Below, piece by piece: positions 1-9,270 of a stretch of DNA of 52,948 bases; position 1 is the first letter of the stretch, and the number at the start of each line of letters is the position of its first letter. Both the position numbers and the translations under genes were made by a program. Source of the DNA: a virus. Taxonomy: Duplodnaviria > Caudoviricetes. The stretch covers positions 1 through 52,948 of IMG/VR virus record IMGVR_UViG_3300025327_000039. One strand, written 5' to 3'. Under the pieces are notes generated by a model, which searched no databases, was not told where the DNA came from, and worked only from the letters and a program-made list of their open reading frames with translations.

Positions 1-456
1 AATCCCGATGCCTTCGTTCAGCTGACCAAGAACACATCTCAGAAGGCCAACGTGATTCGCTGCAACTTTGCCCTCTCGTCTGAGTATGGCTATCTGAAGT
101 TGTACACGTATCTGTACGGTCCTGGATTGACCAGTGACATGGTGCTGCTTGGGGTAGAGAGAGGGGCTCCCATCGGCGATTTCTACACGGCCGCTGTTCC
201 CTTAGATGCGCTTCCTTTTGATGGTCACGTGTCGTTTGTGAAGATGGATACGGAAGGAGCAGAGCTGCGCATTCTGCAAGGTGCTCGATCCCTTCTCACT
301 ACGCACCACCCCAAGCTGCTCATAGAGACTCACGGGAATGTACCAGCTGTTAGAGCCCTGCTTGAAGAGTACGGCTATCGTGCGCGGGTGATTCGCTACG
401 CCTTTGATGAGAGTACTCCCTATCACGATGACTACCTGTGGCTGGTAGCCGAATGA
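1..456 (+). CDS. FkbM-family SAM-dependent methyltransferase (5' truncated by window edge)
   Basis: Frame is open from base 1. It has FVKMDTEGAELRILQGA and P-x-L-L-I-E-T-H motifs typical of FkbM/Methyltransf_21. Confidence 0.85.
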   Translation, partial: NPDAFVQLTKNTSQKANVIRCNFALSSEYGYLKLYTYLYGPGLTSDMVLLGVERGAPIGDFYTAAVPLDALPFDGHVSFVKMDTEGAELRILQGARSLLTTHHPKLLIETHGNVPAVRALLEEYGYRARVIRYAFDESTPYHDDYLWLVAE

Positions 457-1517
457 AGCTCCTGATGCTCTACGGCAACCCTGCTGCCCACTATGATGAC
501 TACCGACTATTCACAAGTCTGGGCTTCGAGGTAGCCTCTCCCTTCAAGCACCTCGGTCAGCCTTGGCTGATCCACCGCCCAGAGATCGAGGAGCCAGAGG
601 AGTTCTCCTATCTCCAAGACATCATGCGGAGGATACCAGGGCTCAAGGAGCCGCGGGAGGAGTACCTGCAGGACAAAGGTCTAGACGAGTACGGTGCTCC
701 GCTGGCCCTGCCTCCGGACTTCTTCGCAGGCTTCGACGTCGTTGTCGTTCTGCTGGTAAGCAACTGGATTGTGCGCTACTGGCCGAGCATGACAGAGAGC
801 AGCAAGCGGCCGCTCATCATCTGGCGCTCCGGAGAAGGCATGCCTTGGCAGGACTACAACCTGCGGTTCTTCCGACAGCGCGGGTTGAAGGTAGTACGAA
901 GTTCTGTGACCGAGAGAACCATCCCACACAACATAGGTACAGATGCCGTAATCCGCTGGTCTACGGATCCAAACGAGTGGAAGGGTTGGGATGGAACAGG
1001 TAAGCACGTCCTTGTCGTAAGCCGCTGCATCAACAGAGACAATCGACAGTGTGAGGAAGTGCTTCAGCTTGCAGATAGATTCACCGTACGCGTTGTTGGT
1101 CCAGGCAATGATGGTGATGGTCGTTTCTATCCTGTAGGCCAAAGGACGTACAACCGTCTCCGCCGCGACTATCGGAAGGCCCGAGTCTACTTCGATGCCA
1201 ATGCCAAGCCGGCGCCGTATACCGGTACTTTTCGTGAAGCATGGATGACCGGTACACCGGTAGTTGCTGTGGGTCCGCAGCGTGGTGGATGGAGAGGACT
1301 GGGCACCTACGAACTTCCAGAGCTGATCGAGGATGGTGTCAACGGCTTCTGCTCTGATGACATGGGTGAGCTCGAATCAGACATTAGCCGGCTCCTTGAT
1401 GATCAGGATCTTGCTCGGAGGATAGGTGAAGCTGGCAGAAAGAGAGCCACAGAGATCTTCGGCCGTGAGGTAGTAACAGAGGATTGGCGTAGATTCTTCG
1501 GGAGGTATCTGACTTGA
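453..1517 (+). CDS. GT-B (GT4-like) glycosyltransferase
   Basis: C-terminal FREAWMTGTPVVA...ELIEDGVNGF...IGEAGRKRATEIF signature. ATG at 453 forms an ATGA overlap with the upstream stop. Confidence 0.85.
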   Translation: MKLLMLYGNPAAHYDDYRLFTSLGFEVASPFKHLGQPWLIHRPEIEEPEEFSYLQDIMRRIPGLKEPREEYLQDKGLDEYGAPLALPPDFFAGFDVVVVLLVSNWIVRYWPSMTESSKRPLIIWRSGEGMPWQDYNLRFFRQRGLKVVRSSVTERTIPHNIGTDAVIRWSTDPNEWKGWDGTGKHVLVVSRCINRDNRQCEEVLQLADRFTVRVVGPGNDGDGRFYPVGQRTYNRLRRDYRKARVYFDANAKPAPYTGTFREAWMTGTPVVAVGPQRGGWRGLGTYELPELIEDGVNGFCSDDMGELESDISRLLDDQDLARRIGEAGRKRATEIFGREVVTEDWRRFFGRYLT

Positions 1518-2257
1518 GACCACCCACTGTCTGCATCGGCAGCATGTTCTGGAACTCATCCAAGCGTGGAGACTTGTGGCGCTACTACGAGCAGGCCAAG
1601 GCTCTAGACTACCCTGCCGAGTACCTGCGCTTCTGTCTAGTTGAGGGCAACAGCGACGATGACACCTTCCAGCGTCTCCAGCAGATGGCTGCGGAGTTGC
1701 CGTATGTGGAGGTAGCCAAGTTCGATGCTCCCCGTGCCCCCTCTGGCTATGCGGAGATCACACCGGAGAGGCTGGCCCGGGTCTCGGTGGTAGCGAACAG
1801 GGCTATCAACATGGCGCTTCTCGACGGACCATGCGACTACTTCCTCTGGCTGGAGTCTGACCTGATCTGGGGATCTGAGCTCCTGCAGAATCTTCTGGAG
1901 ACCAAGGATATATTCTCAGATGGCGACATCACTGCCCCGCTCGTTCTCGTCCATGACTCAGATACCTTCTACGATGTCTGGGCCTTCCGCCAAGGGTATG
2001 AGCAAGTCAACAGGCAGGGCGGCACGTATGGTCCTGGCTGCTTCAACTGGGAGCCTCCCTATCACCCCTGCGTCTCCCTCGATAATCCCTTCGAAGTAGA
2101 CTCTGCCGGCACTTGTCTGCTCATACCAGCAGCCACGCTTCGGGAAGGTGTCAGGTTCACATCAGACGAGGCGATCGTGGGCTTGTGTAAGATGGCTACC
2201 GCCCGCGGCCATATGATCTGGGTAGATCCGGAGGTGATAGTGTGGCACCCGAGATAA
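1514..2257 (+). CDS. GT-A fold (GT2/Anp1-like) glycosyltransferase
   Basis: VEGNSDDDT, DYFLWLESDL (DxD-like), FEVDSAGTCLLIPA and IWVDPEVIVWH motifs. Confidence 0.8.
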   Translation: MRPPTVCIGSMFWNSSKRGDLWRYYEQAKALDYPAEYLRFCLVEGNSDDDTFQRLQQMAAELPYVEVAKFDAPRAPSGYAEITPERLARVSVVANRAINMALLDGPCDYFLWLESDLIWGSELLQNLLETKDIFSDGDITAPLVLVHDSDTFYDVWAFRQGYEQVNRQGGTYGPGCFNWEPPYHPCVSLDNPFEVDSAGTCLLIPAATLREGVRFTSDEAIVGLCKMATARGHMIWVDPEVIVWHPR

Positions 2258-3804
2258 CTGTCTGCTCTTTCTCCGTTTGCAGGCATCAGTGGCTGTCCCA
2301 GCTCAAGGAGTTCAGAAACAGTCTCTCTGCTGTGGACCGAGAACATTTCTCCTTCCTTGAGGACGATCGTCTCGGGGGAGGGCCTGGCGATTGCTTTCTG
2401 CTCACCGACGACCACCGCAGTGTTCTTGCTTTCGGTCACCTCACGTACTTCCCCGGGGAGACGAAGAAGCACGTAGCCAGGCTGGGTGTTGCCGTGCGTC
2501 CCAACTCGCGTCGGCAAGGCTGGGCAGAGGATCTGTGCCGGAGGATGATGGAGCATGCCCGCTCTCTCAGTCTGCACAAGATTTGGCTCTCGGTTCACAG
2601 TGAGAACCATGCTGCCATTGCTCTCTACGATAAGCTGGGGTTTACCGTTGAGGGGGTATTCACGGACGAGGAGATCACTTCTGTAGGAGAGTACCGGGAT
2701 GTTCTCTCGATGTCTTGCTTCCTGCGTGAGGAGGACAGCCCTAGCAAGCACATAGCGTGGTGCGAGCCAGACTGGGGTGAGGGCACGGCGGCGGGCATCA
2801 AGGTTCTCTCCTCTGGTTGGCTCACCCAAGGTCGCAAGGTGAGAGAGCTGGAGGATAGGCTCCAGCACATGTTTGAGAACCGAGCAGTCTGCGTTTCCTC
2901 TGGGACGATGGCCCTCCTCCTCATGGCACAGGTAGCCAAGATGCAAGGATGCAAGCGCGTGGTGCTCCCTGCGCTGAGCTTCGCAGCTACCGCGGCGCCA
3001 CTTCTCTTCCTTGGGCTGGAGCCGCTCTATGTCGATGTGGATCTGGACACTGCCCTGATGGACAGGGAGCAGGCTGACTTCCTGCTTACTCGCTACGAGG
3101 ATGCTGGTCTGCTAGCCGTTCATATTGGTGGTGCCCATGTTGATCGGGGCTGGCTTCAGAAGCACTACGAAAGCGGTAGATTTGTTTGGGAGGATGCTGC
3201 TCAGGCGGTAGATCTTTGTCTTCGCCCAGAAGATAAGGGAGGGTCCTTGCGTGCTGCCCTCTCTTTCCATGCAGCCAAGACCATTACCACGATCGAGGGT
3301 GGGGCTGTTATTGGTCCGGAGAGTCTCGTCTCTTTGGTGCAGAGCCTGCGCCAGCATGGAGAGTCTGTTGCGCATCAACGTTACTGGGCCTTCACGGCCG
3401 GTCTGAACGGGCGAATGACAGATGTCCAAGCAGCTATGGGTCTCAGCCAGCTGGACAGCCTCGCGGATAGGGTACTCAAGAGAGAGCGGATCTGGGAGCG
3501 CTACCGGCAGCGTCTGTGGAACACAGCTGTCGTGCAAAAGATAGACAATGGCTCTGCCAGCCTTGCCTTGGTGCGTTTCCCTGATTCAGCCTCCCGAGGT
3601 AGAGTAGAGGATGCTCTAGCTATGGCCGGTGTCGAAACTCGGCCGGTGTGGCCTCCTCTCAACTGGCAGTTTGGTCAAGGTGACGAGCGGGAGCTTCCTA
3701 ATGCGGCTGCTTGGCACTACAATGGTCTTCTTCTGCCAATGTCTACCCGTATGGACATCCCCGACGTCGACTATATCTGTGACAAGATCGTAGAGGTGGT
3801 GTGA
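2242..3804 (+). CDS. GNAT acetyltransferase fused to DegT/DnrJ/EryC1/StrS PLP-dependent sugar aminotransferase
   Basis: N-terminal GNAT: LGVAVRPNSRRQGWA, ENHAAIALYDKLGF. C-terminal DegT: VSSGTMAL, WEDAAQA, SFHAAKTITTIEGG (PLP lysine), GLNGRMTDVQAAMG. Confidence 0.9.
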   Translation: MAPEITVCSFSVCRHQWLSQLKEFRNSLSAVDREHFSFLEDDRLGGGPGDCFLLTDDHRSVLAFGHLTYFPGETKKHVARLGVAVRPNSRRQGWAEDLCRRMMEHARSLSLHKIWLSVHSENHAAIALYDKLGFTVEGVFTDEEITSVGEYRDVLSMSCFLREEDSPSKHIAWCEPDWGEGTAAGIKVLSSGWLTQGRKVRELEDRLQHMFENRAVCVSSGTMALLLMAQVAKMQGCKRVVLPALSFAATAAPLLFLGLEPLYVDVDLDTALMDREQADFLLTRYEDAGLLAVHIGGAHVDRGWLQKHYESGRFVWEDAAQAVDLCLRPEDKGGSLRAALSFHAAKTITTIEGGAVIGPESLVSLVQSLRQHGESVAHQRYWAFTAGLNGRMTDVQAAMGLSQLDSLADRVLKRERIWERYRQRLWNTAVVQKIDNGSASLALVRFPDSASRGRVEDALAMAGVETRPVWPPLNWQFGQGDERELPNAAAWHYNGLLLPMSTRMDIPDVDYICDKIVEVV

Positions 3805-5123
3805 TGGGACTCAAGGTACTCTGGCTGTCTGCGGCGCCCATGTGGAGAGCGTCTGGCTACGGCCGGCAGACGAACTACACTGTCAAGGCTCTCCAACAAC
3901 TACCCGAGGTTGAGCGTATAGCTGTTGCTTGCAGTGGCGGGTTTGAGTGGGGAACAATCAACTTCAACGGTGTCGATCACATCTCTGGCTTTGGTGTGGA
4001 GAAGGGATCAGATGCTCTGATCGCGGCTCACATGAGAGCTATGGGATTCGACGTCTGCATCAGCCTGATGGATGTTTGGCCAATGCCTCAGGTATTCGCC
4101 TCTGCCAATGGCGGTGGTAACTTCAAGTGGGTGCCTATCGTGCCCATTGATGGCTACCCACTCTCCCGGCAGACCCAAGCCCGCCTCGTCAATGCCCACC
4201 AGATCATCGCCATGTCCCAGTTTGGGAAGAAGACGATGGAGGAGAGGCTGCCCCAGATTCCCATCACCTACATCCCCCACTGTATAGACACCTCCATCTA
4301 CCGACCGCTGGGGAACAAGAAGCAGTTCAAGAAGATGATTGGCTTCCCAGAGGAGTGCTTCTTGGTGGGTATGGTAGCAGCCAACACCCAGAACTCCCCC
4401 GTGGTAAGGAAGGGCTTCCCAGAGGCGATCAAAGCCTTCTCTGAGTTTGTTAAGATCCACCCCGATGCTAGGCTGTATCTGCACGCTCTTCCCTACGTTG
4501 GTCCCGAATCAGCTGACGTCTTCGCCCTCTGCGATATGTACGGTCTCGATTTTGCCAAGTACGTTATCGTGCTGGATCCGTACATGGATAGGATGGGGAT
4601 CTCTGATCAACAGATGGCGATGGCCTACAACGCGATGGATGTCTACTTTGCACCGTCCGCCGGCGAGGGATTCAACGTTCCTCTGATTGAGGCCCAAGCA
4701 TCTGGCATTCCCGTGGTGGCCAACGCGGCTACGGCCCAGACGGAGAACGTCGGTGTAGGCTGGCTAGTACCGCCCTTGGCACCTGTGGCTGTGCCAACGA
4801 ATACCCAGTGGTACCTCGCCAACCCGTTGGGCTCGGACTCGGCCTGCGAAAGTTGTGGTCATGTCACCCACCAGCCCGGACTTCTTGATGCTCTGTGTAC
4901 GGCCTACGACGAGCTCCACGACGAGAAGAAGGCTAGGCGTCTGTCTATCGATGCTGTCAAGTTCGGCACCAAGTTCGACGTCCGCGCTGTAATCACTACC
5001 TACTGGAGATCCTTTCTGCAGGAGCTGGCCAAGGGCCTTGGCGTGGAGGCTGCTCCAGTCAAGCTCTGGCAGCCCGGACAGGGGCCAGAGCCTACACCGA
5101 TACGCCGCGGCCGACGGCAGTAA
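3801..5123 (+). CDS. GT4-family glycosyltransferase
   Basis: SGYGRQT N-terminal motif, RKGFPEAI, YNAMDVYFAPSAGEGFNVPLIEAQASGIPVV. Confidence 0.9.
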   Translation: MMGLKVLWLSAAPMWRASGYGRQTNYTVKALQQLPEVERIAVACSGGFEWGTINFNGVDHISGFGVEKGSDALIAAHMRAMGFDVCISLMDVWPMPQVFASANGGGNFKWVPIVPIDGYPLSRQTQARLVNAHQIIAMSQFGKKTMEERLPQIPITYIPHCIDTSIYRPLGNKKQFKKMIGFPEECFLVGMVAANTQNSPVVRKGFPEAIKAFSEFVKIHPDARLYLHALPYVGPESADVFALCDMYGLDFAKYVIVLDPYMDRMGISDQQMAMAYNAMDVYFAPSAGEGFNVPLIEAQASGIPVVANAATAQTENVGVGWLVPPLAPVAVPTNTQWYLANPLGSDSACESCGHVTHQPGLLDALCTAYDELHDEKKARRLSIDAVKFGTKFDVRAVITTYWRSFLQELAKGLGVEAAPVKLWQPGQGPEPTPIRRGRRQ

Positions 5124-5125
5124 AG

Positions 5126-5155
5126 TTGCCAGTATGTTGGGGTGCTGGCTAAGCT
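5126..5155 (+). promoter_or_regulatory. sigma70-like promoter, 18-bp spacer
   Basis: TTGCCA (5126-5131), 18 nt, TAAGCT (5150-5155). ATG follows at 5165. Confidence 0.55.
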
Positions 5156-5164
5156 GGTAGTGCG

Positions 5165-6130
5165 ATGTCTCCTATGCCCAACGAGCACGCATGTAGACTC
5201 GAGGATCCCTCGTCGTTTCAGCGCTTCGCTCGAAGCAACAAGACGCGGCCGCATCGAATCTATGGTTTTGGCAAGGGAGGCTCCAAGATCCAAGCCTATC
5301 GCTATCCCACTGACTCTTGGTCCGAGGCTGCAGCCCGTAGCCACTGTAAAGAGCACGGTGGTAGCTTCGAGGCTGCCTCTGGGACCAAGGAAGCCTACAA
5401 TGGCAAGGGAGCGATGATCGCTTGGTACCCACCTGAGGATGTTGCCAAGCAACTGGCTGTTGAGGGGGGAGAAGCGCCTGAGGAGCTCCATCTCACCTTG
5501 GGTTTCTTCCCTGATGCAGAAGCTCTGGATCGGGAACAGGTGGGAGACTGCATGCGCAGAGCCTGCCAAGACGGGGGACCCCTTGAGGGCACTGTTGGCG
5601 GCATTGGCCGCTTTACGGGAAGTCCTACTAGTGATGGCAAGGATGTGCTCTACGCCTCTGTCGATGCTCCTCGCCTAGAAGAGTTTCGCCAGTCCCTAGT
5701 GGAGGATCTGGAGCTCGCCGGCTTCCCTATCTCCAAAGAGCATGGGTTCACCCCGCACATGACCTTGGCCTATCTTGATCCCGAAGCTGCTAGTCCAGTG
5801 AGCCGGCTGGATCCGGTTCCTATCACCATCGACAGCATTGTCTTGGCGAGCTCTGATGAGAAGCTGCTGGTGGAGAGGATAGGACAGACTGAGGAGAGGG
5901 TCGGGATAGAAGACATGGAGGCGCGGCTGGCGGTTGGACCGGCCACGTTGGCAGAGATCATGAAGAGCGCCAAGTTTCCTTTCTTAGTTGTCCCGCTCTC
6001 CGGCGCCGACACAAGGGAAGTCATTGTCCGCAGGGGCAGCGAGTGGTACGCGGTAGACCGTAGAACCGGCCGTACTCTGTCCCGCTCCATGACCCATACA
6101 GGCCTCCTACGCACTCTGCGCAAGCAGTAA
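5165..6130 (+). CDS. 2H phosphoesterase (2'-5' RNA ligase / Acb1-like fold) with small N- and C-terminal accessory domains
   Basis: Two HxT motifs, LHLTL and PHMTL, about 90 aa apart. The gene sits directly upstream of the capsid gene. Confidence 0.8.
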   Translation: MSPMPNEHACRLEDPSSFQRFARSNKTRPHRIYGFGKGGSKIQAYRYPTDSWSEAAARSHCKEHGGSFEAASGTKEAYNGKGAMIAWYPPEDVAKQLAVEGGEAPEELHLTLGFFPDAEALDREQVGDCMRRACQDGGPLEGTVGGIGRFTGSPTSDGKDVLYASVDAPRLEEFRQSLVEDLELAGFPISKEHGFTPHMTLAYLDPEAASPVSRLDPVPITIDSIVLASSDEKLLVERIGQTEERVGIEDMEARLAVGPATLAEIMKSAKFPFLVVPLSGADTREVIVRRGSEWYAVDRRTGRTLSRSMTHTGLLRTLRKQ

Positions 6131-6133
6131 ATT

Positions 6134-6163
6134 TTGCGTCCTTCGTAGTTGACCCCTTACGCT
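6134..6163 (+). promoter_or_regulatory. sigma70-like promoter, 18-bp spacer (capsid gene)
   Basis: TTGCGT (6134-6139), 18 nt, TACGCT (6158-6163). GGAGA SD precedes ATG 6192. Confidence 0.55.
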
Positions 6164-6191
6164 ATCTCTGAGGGTATTCGGAGATAGTGAC

Positions 6192-9158
6192 ATGCGCGAC
6201 GTACTAGAGTCCGTTCTGACCAGCCTAAGAAGTGGCGACACCGACTATGCTTCTGCGCTTCTTACCGATGCTCTGAACCAAGATGTTGAGGAGGAGGCGC
6301 TGAAGATCATTGGCAGTGCCTTCATCGCTGTCAAGGAGGGCAAGACCGAAGAGGCAACGGATCTCCTTCAATCTGCAATCGGGACAATTAGCTCTAGCAA
6401 TGGGAATGGCACCGGCTCTTCGGATGTAATCGTCGAGGCAGAGTGGAGCGCCGAGGAGATCAACAACCTTCCTGACAGCTGCTTTGCCTTTGTCGAGCCC
6501 GGCGGCAAGAAGGACAAGGACGGAAAGACAACTCCACGTAGTCTTCGACACCTGCCCTACAAGGATGCCAAGGGCAAGGTGGATATGCCGCATCTTCTGT
6601 CGGCCCTCTCCCGGGTGAATCAGATCAAGCTCAAGGGTGGCGGCAAGATCTCCTCTGCCAAAGCCACGCAGATTCGCAATCACCTGCGTGGGATGATGAG
6701 CCAAGGTAAGACTCACGAGGCTGCTCGTGGGGGTATAGCCGAGGATCATCGACACGGAGAATGTGAGGACGGCACTTGTCCTTATGAGCACGTAGATGAG
6801 TCTGCTCCTGTTGAGACAGACGAGGGAGTCACCTTTGTCTCCGAGGCGATGGGTATCATCGAAGAGGCCTTCCCCTCCGAGCCCAACGTCTACTTGGCAA
6901 CCATTATCCAGTCCGGTAGCAGCAAGAACCGCTACTACTGGCGCCCGGACACGCTGGAGCGCAACACCAGGATGTTCGAGGGGGTCAGGGCCTTTGCCGA
7001 CCACCCGACCAAGACGGAGATGGCAGAGCGACCGGAGCGATCCGTCAGGGACATTGTAGGTTGGTACGAAGGTGTCTACTGGGTACCGAACGGGATGGGT
7101 GGGGGCTCTCTGAAGGGCAAGATGCACCTTCTTGAGGGTCCAGTAGCGGATATAGTCCGTGAAGCACACACACGTGGCAAGCCGGATCTCGTACAGCTGT
7201 CGGTTAACGTGAGTGCTCGGCACTCGCCGAAGTATATCGATGGCGTCCTTGTACGAGAGATCTCCGAATTAGTTAGGGTCCACTCCGTTGACGCTATCAC
7301 CGAGGCTAGCGCCGGCGGCTCAATAGACCGAGTGGTCGCCTCGGACAAAAACACCAAGGAGGTGGAAGCTCTAATGTCTCTAGAAAATGCTTCCCCTGAA
7401 GAGTTCATAGCTGCTGTCGCGGAGCGCCCTGAGGTGAGAGAAGCTCTTGCCTCGCACTTCGCACCAGGCGGCGAGGCGGCCGCGAGCTCGGCAGGGGACC
7501 CAAGCCCGGATCCGGTAGCGGATCCAGTACCTGACCCAGCACCTGCTCCCGACCCGGCACCGGCGCCACCGGACCCAAGTCCGGCACCGGCTGCTGATCC
7601 GGCACCAGTAGTTGAGGCTGCCTCTGCGGAGAGCATCCAGCAACTCACTGAGTCTCTCCGAACTATCCAAGAGGAGCGGGCTGTCGAGCAGTCCGCACGC
7701 GCTCTGGACGAGATCCTGTCTGCGAGTCGCCTCCCAGAGCCGATCGCGAACATGATCCGTGCCCGCTGGGCTGGCAAGATCTTCGAGCGAGTCGCTCTCG
7801 AGGAAGAGGTGACCGCACAGCAGGCTGCTCTGGCGGCCGTGATGGTGGCCCAGCCACCTTCCACAGTTCCGTGGGCTGCTGCGGCAGACGCCCCACAGGA
7901 TCGCTACGTCAAGGCCATGGACGGGCTTCTGGCGGGCGAGGACGTCGATGGCGTCAAGGCCTTCCGCTCGCTGAAGGAAGCCTTCTGCGTCATCACTGGA
8001 TCGCACGTCTTCGACCTGACCGGATACGAAGTCCTCGAGTCCGCTGGGCGCTACGACTCCGGCGTGTCCAACCGCGGCTTGGATCGGGTCGTAGAGGCCA
8101 CGGCGATGAAGACCTCCGACTTCGGCAAGATCCTCGGCGATAGCATCACGCGCCGGGCTCTCATAGAGTACCGCTACCCGATGCTCCAGGACTGGCGCAA
8201 GATCGCAACTGTGGCGCCTACCTCCGACCTGCGTGAGCAGAAGAGGGAGCGCCTCGGCGAGTTCTACCTGCTGAAGCGTGAGAGTGGTGTGGGTGCGTCC
8301 AACCAAGACATCACCTACGCCGACCTCACCGGTGCAGCGCTGCCGGAAGAGGAGGCCATCTACCAGCCGGTCAAGGCACACGGCCAGGCCAGCCTGACCC
8401 TGGAGATGATCATCAACGATGACATCGGCAAGTTCCGTGCGCTTCCCCAGAAGCTGGGTCGTGCGGCTGCCGGTACCATCTACATCACGGTGTTCGACTT
8501 CCTCATCGACAACCCTGCCGAGTCCACCTACCTGACCAGCGGTGGCGCTGACAGGCTGTTCGATGTGGCAGCTGCTCGCTCCCCGGGCAACATCGTGACC
8601 GACACGCACAGCATCCTGTCCGCGATCGTGGCCCTTAACGATGCCAACCTGTCCGATGCCTTCATGCGCTTCCAGATCCAGCAGGCAGCGGTCAGCGCTT
8701 CGGCGCCGTACTCTGGAGCTGTCGCACACAGCTTCATCATGAGCTCTCCGAAGACTCTGGTCGTCGCTCCGACGAACAGGGCCATGGGGCTCGCGCTGCT
8801 CAATTCCGAGACGAAGGTGGGCGCAGGAAGCCATGAGGTGAACATCCACCGTGGCATGTTCGAGCTGCTCATCATCCCGTACTGGGAGACAGCAGCCGAT
8901 CGTGGTAACGCTGGTGGTGACACCCAAGCACCGAAGAACATCTGGGTTCTGGCCGCAGGTCCTACCGAGATCCCGATGATCGAGGTCGGCTTCCTGAACG
9001 GCCGCGAGGAGCCCGAGATCTTCGCACAGGACCAGAGCACGGAGCTGGTCGGGGCGATGTTCACCAACGACCGCATCACGTACAAGGTCCGCCACTTCTG
9101 GGGCGCGAACCCAATTGACCACAGGGGGTTGGTCGGAGCCACATTCTCTAGCCTCTAG
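6192..9158 (+). CDS. Fused prohead protease / scaffold / major capsid protein (Mu gpT-like C-terminal domain)
   Basis: Protease-like block SKNRYYW..FADHPT..ERSVRDIVGW..LSVN..SVDAITEASAGG, then a Pro-rich linker and helical scaffold. Capsid block: TSDFGKIL..EMIINDDIG..LGRAA..IEVGFLNGREEPEIF..YKVRHFWG..DHRG. Confidence 0.85.
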   Translation: MRDVLESVLTSLRSGDTDYASALLTDALNQDVEEEALKIIGSAFIAVKEGKTEEATDLLQSAIGTISSSNGNGTGSSDVIVEAEWSAEEINNLPDSCFAFVEPGGKKDKDGKTTPRSLRHLPYKDAKGKVDMPHLLSALSRVNQIKLKGGGKISSAKATQIRNHLRGMMSQGKTHEAARGGIAEDHRHGECEDGTCPYEHVDESAPVETDEGVTFVSEAMGIIEEAFPSEPNVYLATIIQSGSSKNRYYWRPDTLERNTRMFEGVRAFADHPTKTEMAERPERSVRDIVGWYEGVYWVPNGMGGGSLKGKMHLLEGPVADIVREAHTRGKPDLVQLSVNVSARHSPKYIDGVLVREISELVRVHSVDAITEASAGGSIDRVVASDKNTKEVEALMSLENASPEEFIAAVAERPEVREALASHFAPGGEAAASSAGDPSPDPVADPVPDPAPAPDPAPAPPDPSPAPAADPAPVVEAASAESIQQLTESLRTIQEERAVEQSARALDEILSASRLPEPIANMIRARWAGKIFERVALEEEVTAQQAALAAVMVAQPPSTVPWAAAADAPQDRYVKAMDGLLAGEDVDGVKAFRSLKEAFCVITGSHVFDLTGYEVLESAGRYDSGVSNRGLDRVVEATAMKTSDFGKILGDSITRRALIEYRYPMLQDWRKIATVAPTSDLREQKRERLGEFYLLKRESGVGASNQDITYADLTGAALPEEEAIYQPVKAHGQASLTLEMIINDDIGKFRALPQKLGRAAAGTIYITVFDFLIDNPAESTYLTSGGADRLFDVAAARSPGNIVTDTHSILSAIVALNDANLSDAFMRFQIQQAAVSASAPYSGAVAHSFIMSSPKTLVVAPTNRAMGLALLNSETKVGAGSHEVNIHRGMFELLIIPYWETAADRGNAGGDTQAPKNIWVLAAGPTEIPMIEVGFLNGREEPEIFAQDQSTELVGAMFTNDRITYKVRHFWGANPIDHRGLVGATFSSL
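7497..7607 (+). repeat. Coding Pro-rich (D/A-P) repeat linker in the capsid polyprotein
   Basis: DPSPDPVADPVPDPAPAPDPAPAPPDPSPAPAADPAP. Confidence 0.85.
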
Positions 9159-9184
9159 TAGTCCTTCTAGGGGGGTGTACGAGG

Positions 9185-9224
9185 GGGGAGGCTGTTGCGG
9201 GGCAGTCTCCCCTCTTGGATTTTG
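9185..9224 (+). terminator. Intrinsic terminator-like hairpin after the capsid gene
   Basis: GGGGAGGCTG pairs with CAGTCTCCCC, followed by a T-rich tail. Confidence 0.6.
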
Positions 9225-9251
9225 TGTCCTCTGGCAGCTAGACCTTAATCT
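9222..9251 (+). promoter_or_regulatory. sigma70-like promoter, 18-bp spacer
   Basis: TTGTGT (9222-9227), 18 nt, TAATCT (9246-9251). AGGAGG SD precedes ATG 9271. Confidence 0.55.
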
Positions 9252-9270
9252 CTAGGTAGGAGGTAGAGAC

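Noticed and set aside
6225-9142. Long antisense ORFs (6225-7223, 7380-9122 and similar ones opposite the TMP and tail genes)
   Set aside because: They are shadow frames of GC3-biased real genes and have no motifs or RBS.
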